Part shown: piece after piece, positions 28,184 to 35,986 of the stretch
Numbering within the stretch: position 1 is the stretch's first letter
Layout of the letters: the number at the start of each line of letters is the position of its first letter
NCBI GenBank assembly: GCA_945888995.1
Contig: CAMDBA010000002.1
Span: forward strand, 73,690 to 137,689
Source: a bacterium UBP8_UBA817
Lineage (GTDB): Bacteria; Margulisbacteria; Marinamargulisbacteria; CAMDBA01
Length of the DNA: 64,000 nt
Direction of reading: 5' to 3'
Translations under genes and position numbers: made by a program
Notes under the pieces: generated by a model
What the model was told of the DNA's origin: nothing
The model's database searches: none
The model's input: only the letters and a program-made list of their open reading frames with translations

Positions 28184-28405
28184 ATGCCGACATATGATTA
28201 TCGATGCGATAATTGTAAAAAAGAATTTGAAGTATTTCAGAGCATGTTGGAAGATCCCTTAGCCATTTGCAGTGATTGCCAAGGCACTGTTCGCAGATTG
28301 ATCAGCCGAAATGTAGGAATTGCATTTAAAGGATCCGGATTTTATGTGACGGATAGCAAGTCACAGAGCAGTTCTTTGTCTTCATCAGCCGCGCCGTCAT
28401 CCTAG
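28184..28405 (+). CDS. FmdB-family zinc-ribbon protein
   Basis: 73 aa; MPTYDYRCDNCKKEFE...CSDCQG (two CxxC pairs) typical of the FmdB putative regulatory zinc ribbon; AGGAG RBS; Ser-rich C-terminal tail. Confidence 0.7.
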   Translation: MPTYDYRCDNCKKEFEVFQSMLEDPLAICSDCQGTVRRLISRNVGIAFKGSGFYVTDSKSQSSSLSSSAAPSS

Positions 28406-28737
28406 GCTCGGCAGAGGGCAAAGTTGCTATATACGAGGATTTAATCTCATAAAAAAACGAGGCTTCGCCAGGCGATGCCGCTTGATTCAAGGGGGTCCCT
28501 GCATTTTAATTGAGGCATAATTTGACCTCATAAGAGCCCACTAAACAGGCAAGGTTAAATTGGATTAAAGTCGATTCCTGTACGCTGGATTCAGTCGTGC
28601 TTTGAATAATTAATTTTTCTTTTTCGGTCATTGTAGGCTCCTTTATTGATAGAGTGTTCTATTTAGGAATATGCCCACAACGATATCTCTTGAAACATCT
28701 ATTTTTAATCATTTTTAAAAGAGAGAAATAACCACTA

Positions 28738-30054
28738 TTATTTGGTGATCTCTAATTCTTTTCCTTTGATTTCGTCAAAAAAGTCACCTTCCCGAAAGAC
28801 CATCTGACCGTTTACGAAGCTCATCACTGGCCAGCCTTGTAACGTGCTGTCCGCAAATACGCTCCATTTTGCCCTCGTATGTAAGTCGTTATTGATAATT
28901 TTCTTTTTAGCCTTCAAATCTACCAGTACCAAATCTGCGTCATAGCCGACATCCAGATGGCCTTTTCCCCGAATACCAAAAATATCGGCCGGTTTTTCAC
29001 ACATCCATCTGACGATATCGGTTAACCGGCATCGTTTCTGGGTATATTGTGTGAGCATTAATGGCAGAGAGAGTTCGACAATCGGCATCCCGGAATGCGC
29101 TTTTGAATACGGTTGAAGCTTTTCTTCCAAGGTATGTGGCGCATGATCGGTTGCAATAAAGTCAATAATTCCGAGCTGCAACGCCCGCCAGAGCGCGTCT
29201 CTGTGACGACTGCTGCGGATCGGTGGATTGATTTTAGCTAGTGTGCCCCAGGCATCGTATACACCCGGAGAAGATAATAACAGATGTTGTGGAGTCGCTT
29301 CACACGTAATTAACCCCTCTTGTTTATGATCGGCCAGATACAGTGTTTCTTCTTCTGTGGTGAGGTGGCAGATATGGAGTCGTTTGCGGTATTTTTCGGC
29401 CAATGCGACGGCCTGGCGCGTGGCTTTGATGGCGGCTTCGGGATTACGGATGCGTTGATGATCGGAAGGATCGGTTGTGCCTTCGTATTTCTTTTTTTGG
29501 GCGGCGATCAGGTCTTCGTCTTCCGCATGAACGGCGATGAGCTTATTGGTATGGGCGAATAACCGGTCCAGATCTTCGGCTTTGTTAACTAAAAGCGATC
29601 CCGTTGACGAGCCCATAAAGACTTTAATGCCAGGCACATTTTCAGTTTTTAATAATTCATCTAAATTTTCCGGTGTTGCCCCGATAAAAAAATTATAATT
29701 AATCAGCGATTTTTGAGCTGCGAGGGCTTTTTTGTCGGCAATGGCTTGACGCGTGGTGGCTGCCGGTATGGTGTTAGGCATATCAAAAAAACTAGTCACG
29801 CCACCTGATGCTGCTGCACGGCTCCCGGACTCCAGATCTTCTTTAGCCGTCAGGCCGGGGTCCCTAAAATGAACATGCGTATCAATAACGCCGGGCATAA
29901 GGGTTAGGCCGCTTTCCTGAATAATGAGTGCTGCAGGTCTTTGTAGAAACGGTTCGATGGCCTTTATTTTGCCGTTCTCAATAAACACATCGCCGGTCCT
30001 GATTTCAGCGCCGGTCACAATCTCGACATTTTTAATTAAGATGGAGTCTATCAT
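28738..30054 (-). CDS. pyrC: dihydroorotase-type cyclic amidohydrolase
   Basis: 438 aa; DTHVHFRDPG and ATDHAPH metal-ligand motifs of class I dihydroorotase; 4-nt overlap with upstream psd. Confidence 0.65.
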   Translation of the reverse strand: MIDSILIKNVEIVTGAEIRTGDVFIENGKIKAIEPFLQRPAALIIQESGLTLMPGVIDTHVHFRDPGLTAKEDLESGSRAAASGGVTSFFDMPNTIPAATTRQAIADKKALAAQKSLINYNFFIGATPENLDELLKTENVPGIKVFMGSSTGSLLVNKAEDLDRLFAHTNKLIAVHAEDEDLIAAQKKKYEGTTDPSDHQRIRNPEAAIKATRQAVALAEKYRKRLHICHLTTEEETLYLADHKQEGLITCEATPQHLLLSSPGVYDAWGTLAKINPPIRSSRHRDALWRALQLGIIDFIATDHAPHTLEEKLQPYSKAHSGMPIVELSLPLMLTQYTQKRCRLTDIVRWMCEKPADIFGIRGKGHLDVGYDADLVLVDLKAKKKIINNDLHTRAKWSVFADSTLQGWPVMSFVNGQMVFREGDFFDEIKGKELEITK

Positions 30055-30887
30055 TCTTGTCCTTTCAAGATTGCAATGGGCTGACCATAGCGGATGTGTT
30101 GTTTCCGCGCTAAATCAGGTAGCCAGGAAACAGTGTCTTTTTCGGCAATCAAAATCACGGTCGATCCCAGGTGGAAGGTGCCCAGCCAATCCCCTTTATT
30201 AAATGATGCGGGGATATCATAATGGCGTCCGACGAGTTTTCGAGGGGTAGGGTAGCTCTTTAGGGTCGGGTCATATTGGACGGAAATCGCCCCGACGTTA
30301 ATGGCTCCGACTTTGACGCAAGCCAGCGTAGTCGCAGGGTGAGATATGATTGAAATAAGCCGTTCATTCTGGACATACAACGCGTCCTGCTCACTGATAT
30401 AAGGTTCCCGAACGGGATATAACGCACCGGGAACCAGATACGCATCGGTCACCTTGCCTGCAATCGGCGCAAAAATTCGATGGCAATCCTTCGGCGATAG
30501 ATAAAACGTCATGAAAGAACCGCCTTCAAACCGATCGGAAATCGGGAACGGAATAAATTTTTTCAAAGGATACTCGCGTCCTTTTGCCTGAAGAAGTTGT
30601 CCTTCATGAATAGTTCCGAATTCCAGAATCTGACCATCCACGGGGGACGTGATATGAGCGGGGTTCGGATCAACCGGCCGACATGCCTCATTAAGGCCCC
30701 GGGCAAAAAAAGCATTTAAACTCGGATAATGATCAAGTGGTTTTTCGACTTCGCTTAAATGAATTCCAAGCACGGACGCGGCTTTTTTAAAAAACGGGAC
30801 CCGCAGTGGGAATGGAATCGGAATAGCAGCTATTTTGCCAGTAAGACAACTGAGATATCCTGGCAAGGGTGTATTGAAAACGGTCAT
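30051..30887 (-). CDS. psd: phosphatidylserine decarboxylase proenzyme
   Basis: ATG at 30887 overlaps the aguA stop (ATGA); autocatalytic FHLGSTVIL (LGST) cleavage motif. Confidence 0.8.
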   Translation of the reverse strand: MTVFNTPLPGYLSCLTGKIAAIPIPFPLRVPFFKKAASVLGIHLSEVEKPLDHYPSLNAFFARGLNEACRPVDPNPAHITSPVDGQILEFGTIHEGQLLQAKGREYPLKKFIPFPISDRFEGGSFMTFYLSPKDCHRIFAPIAGKVTDAYLVPGALYPVREPYISEQDALYVQNERLISIISHPATTLACVKVGAINVGAISVQYDPTLKSYPTPRKLVGRHYDIPASFNKGDWLGTFHLGSTVILIAEKDTVSWLPDLARKQHIRYGQPIAILKGQE

Positions 30888-31945
30888 GATAAAGTCTTTC
30901 TTCCTAAAGGTTCTTCGTTGGTTAAGCAGTGAAGCGTGCCGAATCCCCACACGAGATCGACGGCGTGAATCCCGACGACGACTCTGTCGGGAAATAAATT
31001 GGCTAAAATGCCTAAGGCGATGCGGTCTTTCGGATCATTAAAGGTTGGCACAATCACCGAATGGTTAGAGATATAAAAGTTCGCATAACTCGCCGGTAAC
31101 CGAATCCCGTCGAAATACAATGGGTTTGGCATAGGTAATCCAACGACTTGAAGCGGATTCCCATTGGCAAGTTTACGGTTTTGAAGCCGTTCTTTGTTCT
31201 CGGCCAGAAGGGCGTAATTGTCGTCATTGGGATTGCCTTCCTGACACAACACGACCGTATCGGAATTAACAAACCGGCAAAGGTCATCCACGTGCCCATG
31301 CGTATCATCTCCGACGATGCCTTTTCCCAGCCAAATAATGTCGGAGACATCAAAACTTGAAGAGAGCGTTTCTTCTATCTGAGTTTGGGTAAGGTGAGGA
31401 TTTCGGACCTGAATCTTAGTGTCTAATAAGCATTCTTCCGTACTCAAAAGTGTCCCTTGTCCATTTACATCAATTGCGCCGCCTTCTAATACAAATGGGT
31501 GATGAGCCGGCGTGATCAGCGGATAGCCGTATGCGGCTGCGACCTGAGAAGAAATGCGGTTATCCAGGTCCCAATTATCATATTTAGCCCAGGCATTGAA
31601 CTGAAAATCAACAATGGCCACGCCATTTTTCTTATCGGGATCGCCATTCTCGACAAAGATCGGACCCAGATCCCTGGTCCATCCTCGGTCGGTATCCATC
31701 AAGACCCATTCAACTCTGGCCGGATCAATTCCGGCTTTGGCCAGAACCCGCTTGGCTTTGGTTGAATGAGCCTCTGATTTGACGATGATTTTGACGACTT
31801 CGCCCGGACAGATATGCCGCACCATTTCTCCGAATACCCAATCAATCGGTGTGAATTTCCCCGGCCAATCGTGACGGTTATGGGGCCACGAAAGCCAGGT
31901 GGCCTGATGAATTTCCCATTCCGCAGCACGTCTATAGCGGCTCAT
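30884..31945 (-). CDS. aguA: agmatine deiminase
   Basis: 353 aa; porphyromonas-type peptidylarginine deiminase fold, DDTHGHVDD and C-terminal GTLHCLT catalytic Cys motif. Confidence 0.85.
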   Translation of the reverse strand: MSRYRRAAEWEIHQATWLSWPHNRHDWPGKFTPIDWVFGEMVRHICPGEVVKIIVKSEAHSTKAKRVLAKAGIDPARVEWVLMDTDRGWTRDLGPIFVENGDPDKKNGVAIVDFQFNAWAKYDNWDLDNRISSQVAAAYGYPLITPAHHPFVLEGGAIDVNGQGTLLSTEECLLDTKIQVRNPHLTQTQIEETLSSSFDVSDIIWLGKGIVGDDTHGHVDDLCRFVNSDTVVLCQEGNPNDDNYALLAENKERLQNRKLANGNPLQVVGLPMPNPLYFDGIRLPASYANFYISNHSVIVPTFNDPKDRIALGILANLFPDRVVVGIHAVDLVWGFGTLHCLTNEEPLGRKTLS

Positions 31946-32835
31946 TTCACATCCAGATAGCGCTGGGTGATCGGTGCATAACTATCGATTCGGCGGTCCC
32001 GTAAAAACGGCCAGTTCCGTCGAATGGTTTCTAACTCCCGGGTATCAATTTCCCCGATTAAAATTTCTTCTTCACTATGAGTGGCATCGCAGAGAATGCG
32101 GCCTTGCGGATCGGATAAAAACGATTTTCCCCAGAATTCTATTCCGGCATCGGAGTCCGGTGATTTTTCAAATCCGGTTCTATTAATCGCCGCGATATAA
32201 ACGCCGTTTGCAATCGCATGTCCGCGTTGAACAGTTTGCCAGGCTTCGTATTGCCGTTGGCCGAATTCTTCTTTTTCGGCGGGATGCCAGCCGATCGCGG
32301 TAGGGTAGACAATTACATCCGCACCCATCATGGCTGTTAGGCGGGCGGCTTCCGGATACCATTGATCCCAACAGACCAAAACTCCGATCCGGCCGAATGC
32401 CGTGGTGAACACTTTGTACCCCAGATCACCCGGCGTAAAATAAAATTTTTCATAATATCCCGGATCGTCCGGAATGTGCATTTTTCGATATGTCCCAATC
32501 AGCGAGCCGTCTGCATCGATTACGGCTGCCGTATTATGATAAAGTCCGGCAGCCCTTCGCTCAAAAAGCGAGGCCACGATCACTACGCCTAATTCCTTCG
32601 CCACTGCACAAAGCTGCTCGGTTGAAGGTCCGGGAATGGCTTCCGCCCAGTCAAAAATATGGATGCTCTCTGTCTGGCAGAAATAAACGCTTCTAAAAAG
32701 TTCGGGAAGACAAATAATATCTGCGCCTTTTGCGGCAGCGGAGCGGATCATTTGAATAGCTTTAGCCATATTCTCGGAAATATTAGGGGAGATACGGAAT
32801 TGCAATAATGCAATTTTAGAAGAAGGTAGGGTCAT
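31942..32835 (-). CDS. aguB: N-carbamoylputrescine amidase (nitrilase superfamily)
   Basis: 297 aa; CN-hydrolase E-K-C triad context (ICLPELF, VLVCWDQWYPE); 4-nt overlap with aguA. Confidence 0.8.
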   Translation of the reverse strand: MTLPSSKIALLQFRISPNISENMAKAIQMIRSAAAKGADIICLPELFRSVYFCQTESIHIFDWAEAIPGPSTEQLCAVAKELGVVIVASLFERRAAGLYHNTAAVIDADGSLIGTYRKMHIPDDPGYYEKFYFTPGDLGYKVFTTAFGRIGVLVCWDQWYPEAARLTAMMGADVIVYPTAIGWHPAEKEEFGQRQYEAWQTVQRGHAIANGVYIAAINRTGFEKSPDSDAGIEFWGKSFLSDPQGRILCDATHSEEEILIGEIDTRELETIRRNWPFLRDRRIDSYAPITQRYLDVK

Positions 32836-32905
32836 GGAATGTCCTTAAATGGGTGGGTTTATATGCTATAGTACTCCCATCAAGATACCGTAGTTTAAAA
32901 AAAAA

Positions 32906-33859
32906 ATGAATAAATCCGAACTTAAAAAAACCTATTTGGATCTTCGGGCAACCTGGGTCCGCGCTGCGATCGGCTTATCGAAAGCCATCTGGGATCCGAC
33001 AAAATATCTTTCCCAATATTTTTTTGTCATAGGCGTCGACTGTCCGCTTAAGTGCAGCTTTTGCGCATTATGGCAGCCGTCTAAAAAACGTCGTATTCCG
33101 CCTCAACGTATGTCTAGTTTGTTGAAAATCATCCAAAACGACCTGCACCGATTGAGGTCGTGGGGCGCAAAAAAATTTCCGAAATATGTGTCACCGCCTA
33201 TTAAGCGCCTTGATCTTCGGACCGCGCCGCCCTTATCTGAATTGGTTCGTGACCGGACGTTTTTTAATTATTATCCATATAAGAGACTATATAATCTTGT
33301 CGGGGGAGATCCCCTTTATAGTCAGGACTTAAAAGCATTGGCGGCATTCCTGTCCGAGTCAGGAATTGAAGTGCGGCTTTGGTGTAATGTGATTTTTAAT
33401 CCGGCGGACCTGGAATCAGTTTTGCCATTCTTATCTGAAATTTTCATCTATATTCCGGCCATTGAGCAAACTGAGTTCAGGATGTTTACCGGTTATGATG
33501 TCTATGAAAAGCATATGGCCCAAATCCAGATTGTTTTGAGAAAGAAGGTGCCTGTCACGCTTTACCATCCGGTGAGGATCGATACGATTCAATTATTACC
33601 CGATCTGCAGCTCTGGGCCCGTAAGCGGGGATTGCTGCTCTATCTGAATTATGACAAAAAAGAGGGGTTTTCATCGGATTCTCTGGGCTACATTACCCGC
33701 TATAAAGGCATAAAAAATGTCATGGTGACAAAGCTTGAGACTCGCCCTACAGCATATTGTGCAGCGATGCCGGTTCAATGGACACATGGGTATCCTCAGT
33801 TCTCATTTTTTAACATTCAGGAAACCTTATTCCGCCTACTGTTTAAACAGATTATTTGA
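32906..33859 (+). CDS. radical SAM domain protein of unknown function
   Basis: 317 aa; CPLKCSFC = CxxxCxxC cluster motif near N-terminus, GGDPL SAM-binding-like motif; no SPASM or other recognisable partner domains. Confidence 0.5.
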   Translation: MNKSELKKTYLDLRATWVRAAIGLSKAIWDPTKYLSQYFFVIGVDCPLKCSFCALWQPSKKRRIPPQRMSSLLKIIQNDLHRLRSWGAKKFPKYVSPPIKRLDLRTAPPLSELVRDRTFFNYYPYKRLYNLVGGDPLYSQDLKALAAFLSESGIEVRLWCNVIFNPADLESVLPFLSEIFIYIPAIEQTEFRMFTGYDVYEKHMAQIQIVLRKKVPVTLYHPVRIDTIQLLPDLQLWARKRGLLLYLNYDKKEGFSSDSLGYITRYKGIKNVMVTKLETRPTAYCAAMPVQWTHGYPQFSFFNIQETLFRLLFKQII

Positions 33860-33896
33860 GCCGGAAATGACTCAGGTTTTTTTCTGGGGATAGTGG

Positions 33897-33926
33897 TTGC
33901 TCAAACAAATTTTGTGATGCTATACT
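33897..33926 (+). promoter_or_regulatory. sigma70-like promoter for rpsF operon (TTGCTC-18nt-TATACT)
   Basis: -35-like TTGCTC at 33897 and -10 TATACT at 33921, ~50 nt upstream of the rpsF start. Confidence 0.4.
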
Positions 33927-33976
33927 ATACCTTCTGTTTAAACTAATTTTGCTTTTAACTTAACTGAGGAGAGAAT

Positions 33977-34318
33977 ATGAAGGACTACGAAATCGTTTTT
34001 ATTTTGAAACCCACATTTTCAGAAGAAAAATATGCAGAAATCATTTCAAATTTTGAAGGTTGGGTAACCAAGAACGGAGGCGAAATCCTCTTGTTAACCG
34101 CGCTGGGATTGCGTGATTTGGCTCAACAATTCGGTCATTTTACTCAAGGCTACTATGTTCAAAGCCATTTCAAGGCAGTGAATCAGACATTAGAAGAAAT
34201 TCAACGTCAGATTTCCGTATCGGAAGACTTCCTTCGGCATCTTGTTGTGACATTAGAGTCTATTACGGTTCATAAAAGAGGTCAGGACGAACTTCAAAAA
34301 TCACCGGTAGGGGAATAG
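33977..34318 (+). CDS. rpsF: 30S ribosomal protein S6
   Basis: 113 aa; MKDYEIVFILKP... typical S6 N-terminus; GAGGAG RBS. Confidence 0.88.
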   Translation: MKDYEIVFILKPTFSEEKYAEIISNFEGWVTKNGGEILLLTALGLRDLAQQFGHFTQGYYVQSHFKAVNQTLEEIQRQISVSEDFLRHLVVTLESITVHKRGQDELQKSPVGE

Positions 34319-34322
34319 ACGA

Positions 34323-34829
34323 TTGTCGAGTGTAAATAAGATTATTTTAGTTGGTCGGCTTACTGCGGATCCGGATATTAAACTCACCACAACCGGCTTA
34401 ACGGTTGCGAAGTTTAATCTCGCCGTAGAAAGACCCGATGCAACCAAGACAACTCCTCAGGTTGATTATATTCCGGTGGTGGCGTGGCGCGAACTAGCCG
34501 ATACGACTCAAGGATGCCAGAAAGGCACGCTTGTGTTGGTAGAAGGTAATATTCTCACCCGCTCTTATGATACCGAAGCCGGACAACGGCGATGGGTCAC
34601 CGAAGTTGAAGCGCGTGAGCTAAAAGTATTAGATAAAACCGGCGGCAATGCGGCTCCTTATCAAACGGAGTCTTTCCAATCAGAATCGGGTAAACCGGTT
34701 TCTTCTTTGGAAAAGCATCCTTCCGCTTCAGAGAATGTTGATTTTAATTTTGGTGATGATGTGTTTGCGTCCGAGGAGTATCCGCCGAAATTCGGGGATG
34801 ACGAAATCGGTGAAGACGTCCCATTCTAG
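34323..34829 (+). CDS. ssb: single-stranded DNA-binding protein
   Basis: 168 aa; OB-fold KIILVGRLTADP; Gly/Gln-rich linker; acidic C-terminal tip DDEIGEDVPF; TTG start. Confidence 0.88.
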   Translation: MSSVNKIILVGRLTADPDIKLTTTGLTVAKFNLAVERPDATKTTPQVDYIPVVAWRELADTTQGCQKGTLVLVEGNILTRSYDTEAGQRRWVTEVEARELKVLDKTGGNAAPYQTESFQSESGKPVSSLEKHPSASENVDFNFGDDVFASEEYPPKFGDDEIGEDVPF

Positions 34830-34845
34830 CTAAAGGGTAAGCGCA

Positions 34846-35199
34846 ATGTATAACAAAGTATTTTTAATCGGACGATTGGTAAGAGACCCTGAAATGCGTT
34901 TAACGATGTCAGGCATTGCCGTAACACAATTTACTATTGCGATTAATCGCCCGCCTCGAAAAGATAGTGTAGAAAAAACAGCGGATTTTATCCGCGTTGT
35001 TGCATGGCGGCGATTGGCCGAAGTGTGTAATGAATATTTGAAAAAAGGAAAACTTGTGTCGATTGAAGGTCGGCTTCAGTTTTCTTCTTTTGAAAAAGAT
35101 GGTGAAAAACGCTCTGTTTCGGAAGTGGTTGCAGACGGTATGCAGATGTTAGATAAAATCGGGGACGTCAGCCATGACGTGCCTGCATTCCCAGAATAA
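34846..35199 (+). CDS. second SSB-family OB-fold protein lacking acidic tail (SsbB-like)
   Basis: 117 aa; KVFLIGRLVRDPEMR...FTIAINR...VVAWRRLAE parallels the SSB core; no linker or acidic tip. Confidence 0.7.
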   Translation: MYNKVFLIGRLVRDPEMRLTMSGIAVTQFTIAINRPPRKDSVEKTADFIRVVAWRRLAEVCNEYLKKGKLVSIEGRLQFSSFEKDGEKRSVSEVVADGMQMLDKIGDVSHDVPAFPE

Positions 35200-35231
35200 C
35201 AAAAGGTATTTAAGAAAAGGAGAGTTTACGA

Positions 35232-35471
35232 ATGGAACAACAAGTTCATATCAAAGCAAGACGCAAACGTCGCAAAGTATGTGGGTTTTGTGTCGATAAA
35301 TATGATGCAATTGACTACAAAGAAATTTCCAGACTTAGAAAATATGTCACCGATAGAGGGAAAATCGTGCCACGCAGAAATTCCGGAACATGTGCAAAAC
35401 ACCAACGGATGCTCGCTCTCGCAATTAAACGGGCCCGGTTCATCGGTCTCATGCCATATTGCGTCGATTAA
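35232..35471 (+). CDS. rpsR: 30S ribosomal protein S18
   Basis: 79 aa; RRKVCGFC...[18 protein letters not shown] typical S18. Confidence 0.9.
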   Translation: MEQQVHIKARRKRRKVCGFCVDKYDAIDYKEISRLRKYVTDRGKIVPRRNSGTCAKHQRMLALAIKRARFIGLMPYCVD

Positions 35472-35500
35472 GATTTACGAGTAAATAAGGAGGCCGGATT

Positions 35501-35962
35501 ATGGCGGAAACAGTTGAAATTATTTTAACTCAAGATGTTAAGAGTTTAGGAAAATTAGGGGATCGGAAAAACGTAAAACTCGGGTATGCCCGTAATTACC
35601 TTTTTCCACAAGGAATCGCATTAATGGTCAATGACCATAACCTGCTTCGATTCGCTTCCATTGAGAAAAAAGAACTTGCTCGCCGGGAAAAAGAGTTGGC
35701 AGAAGCCAAAACCTTTATTGCGTCGCTCGAAGGAAAAGAACTCTCGATCCAGGCCAAAACCCATGATGAAGGAAAGCTCTACGGATCAGTTGCTGAAACA
35801 GATCTGGCAAAAGCGATTCAGGATCAATTGGGAATTCAAATCGACAAACGTCATATCGTATTGCCTGAGCATATTCGTCAGGTAGGAGCGCATACCTTTG
35901 ATATTCAGTTTCATCATGGCGTTTCGTGTCAGATGAAAGTGACTGTTTCTGCACAAAAGTAA
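35501..35962 (+). CDS. rplI: 50S ribosomal protein L9
   Basis: 153 aa; VEIILTQDVKSLGKLGD...GYARNYLFPQG typical L9. Confidence 0.9.
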   Translation: MAETVEIILTQDVKSLGKLGDRKNVKLGYARNYLFPQGIALMVNDHNLLRFASIEKKELARREKELAEAKTFIASLEGKELSIQAKTHDEGKLYGSVAETDLAKAIQDQLGIQIDKRHIVLPEHIRQVGAHTFDIQFHHGVSCQMKVTVSAQK

Positions 35963-35986
35963 ACGGTACATCCGTTATGTCTTGTT

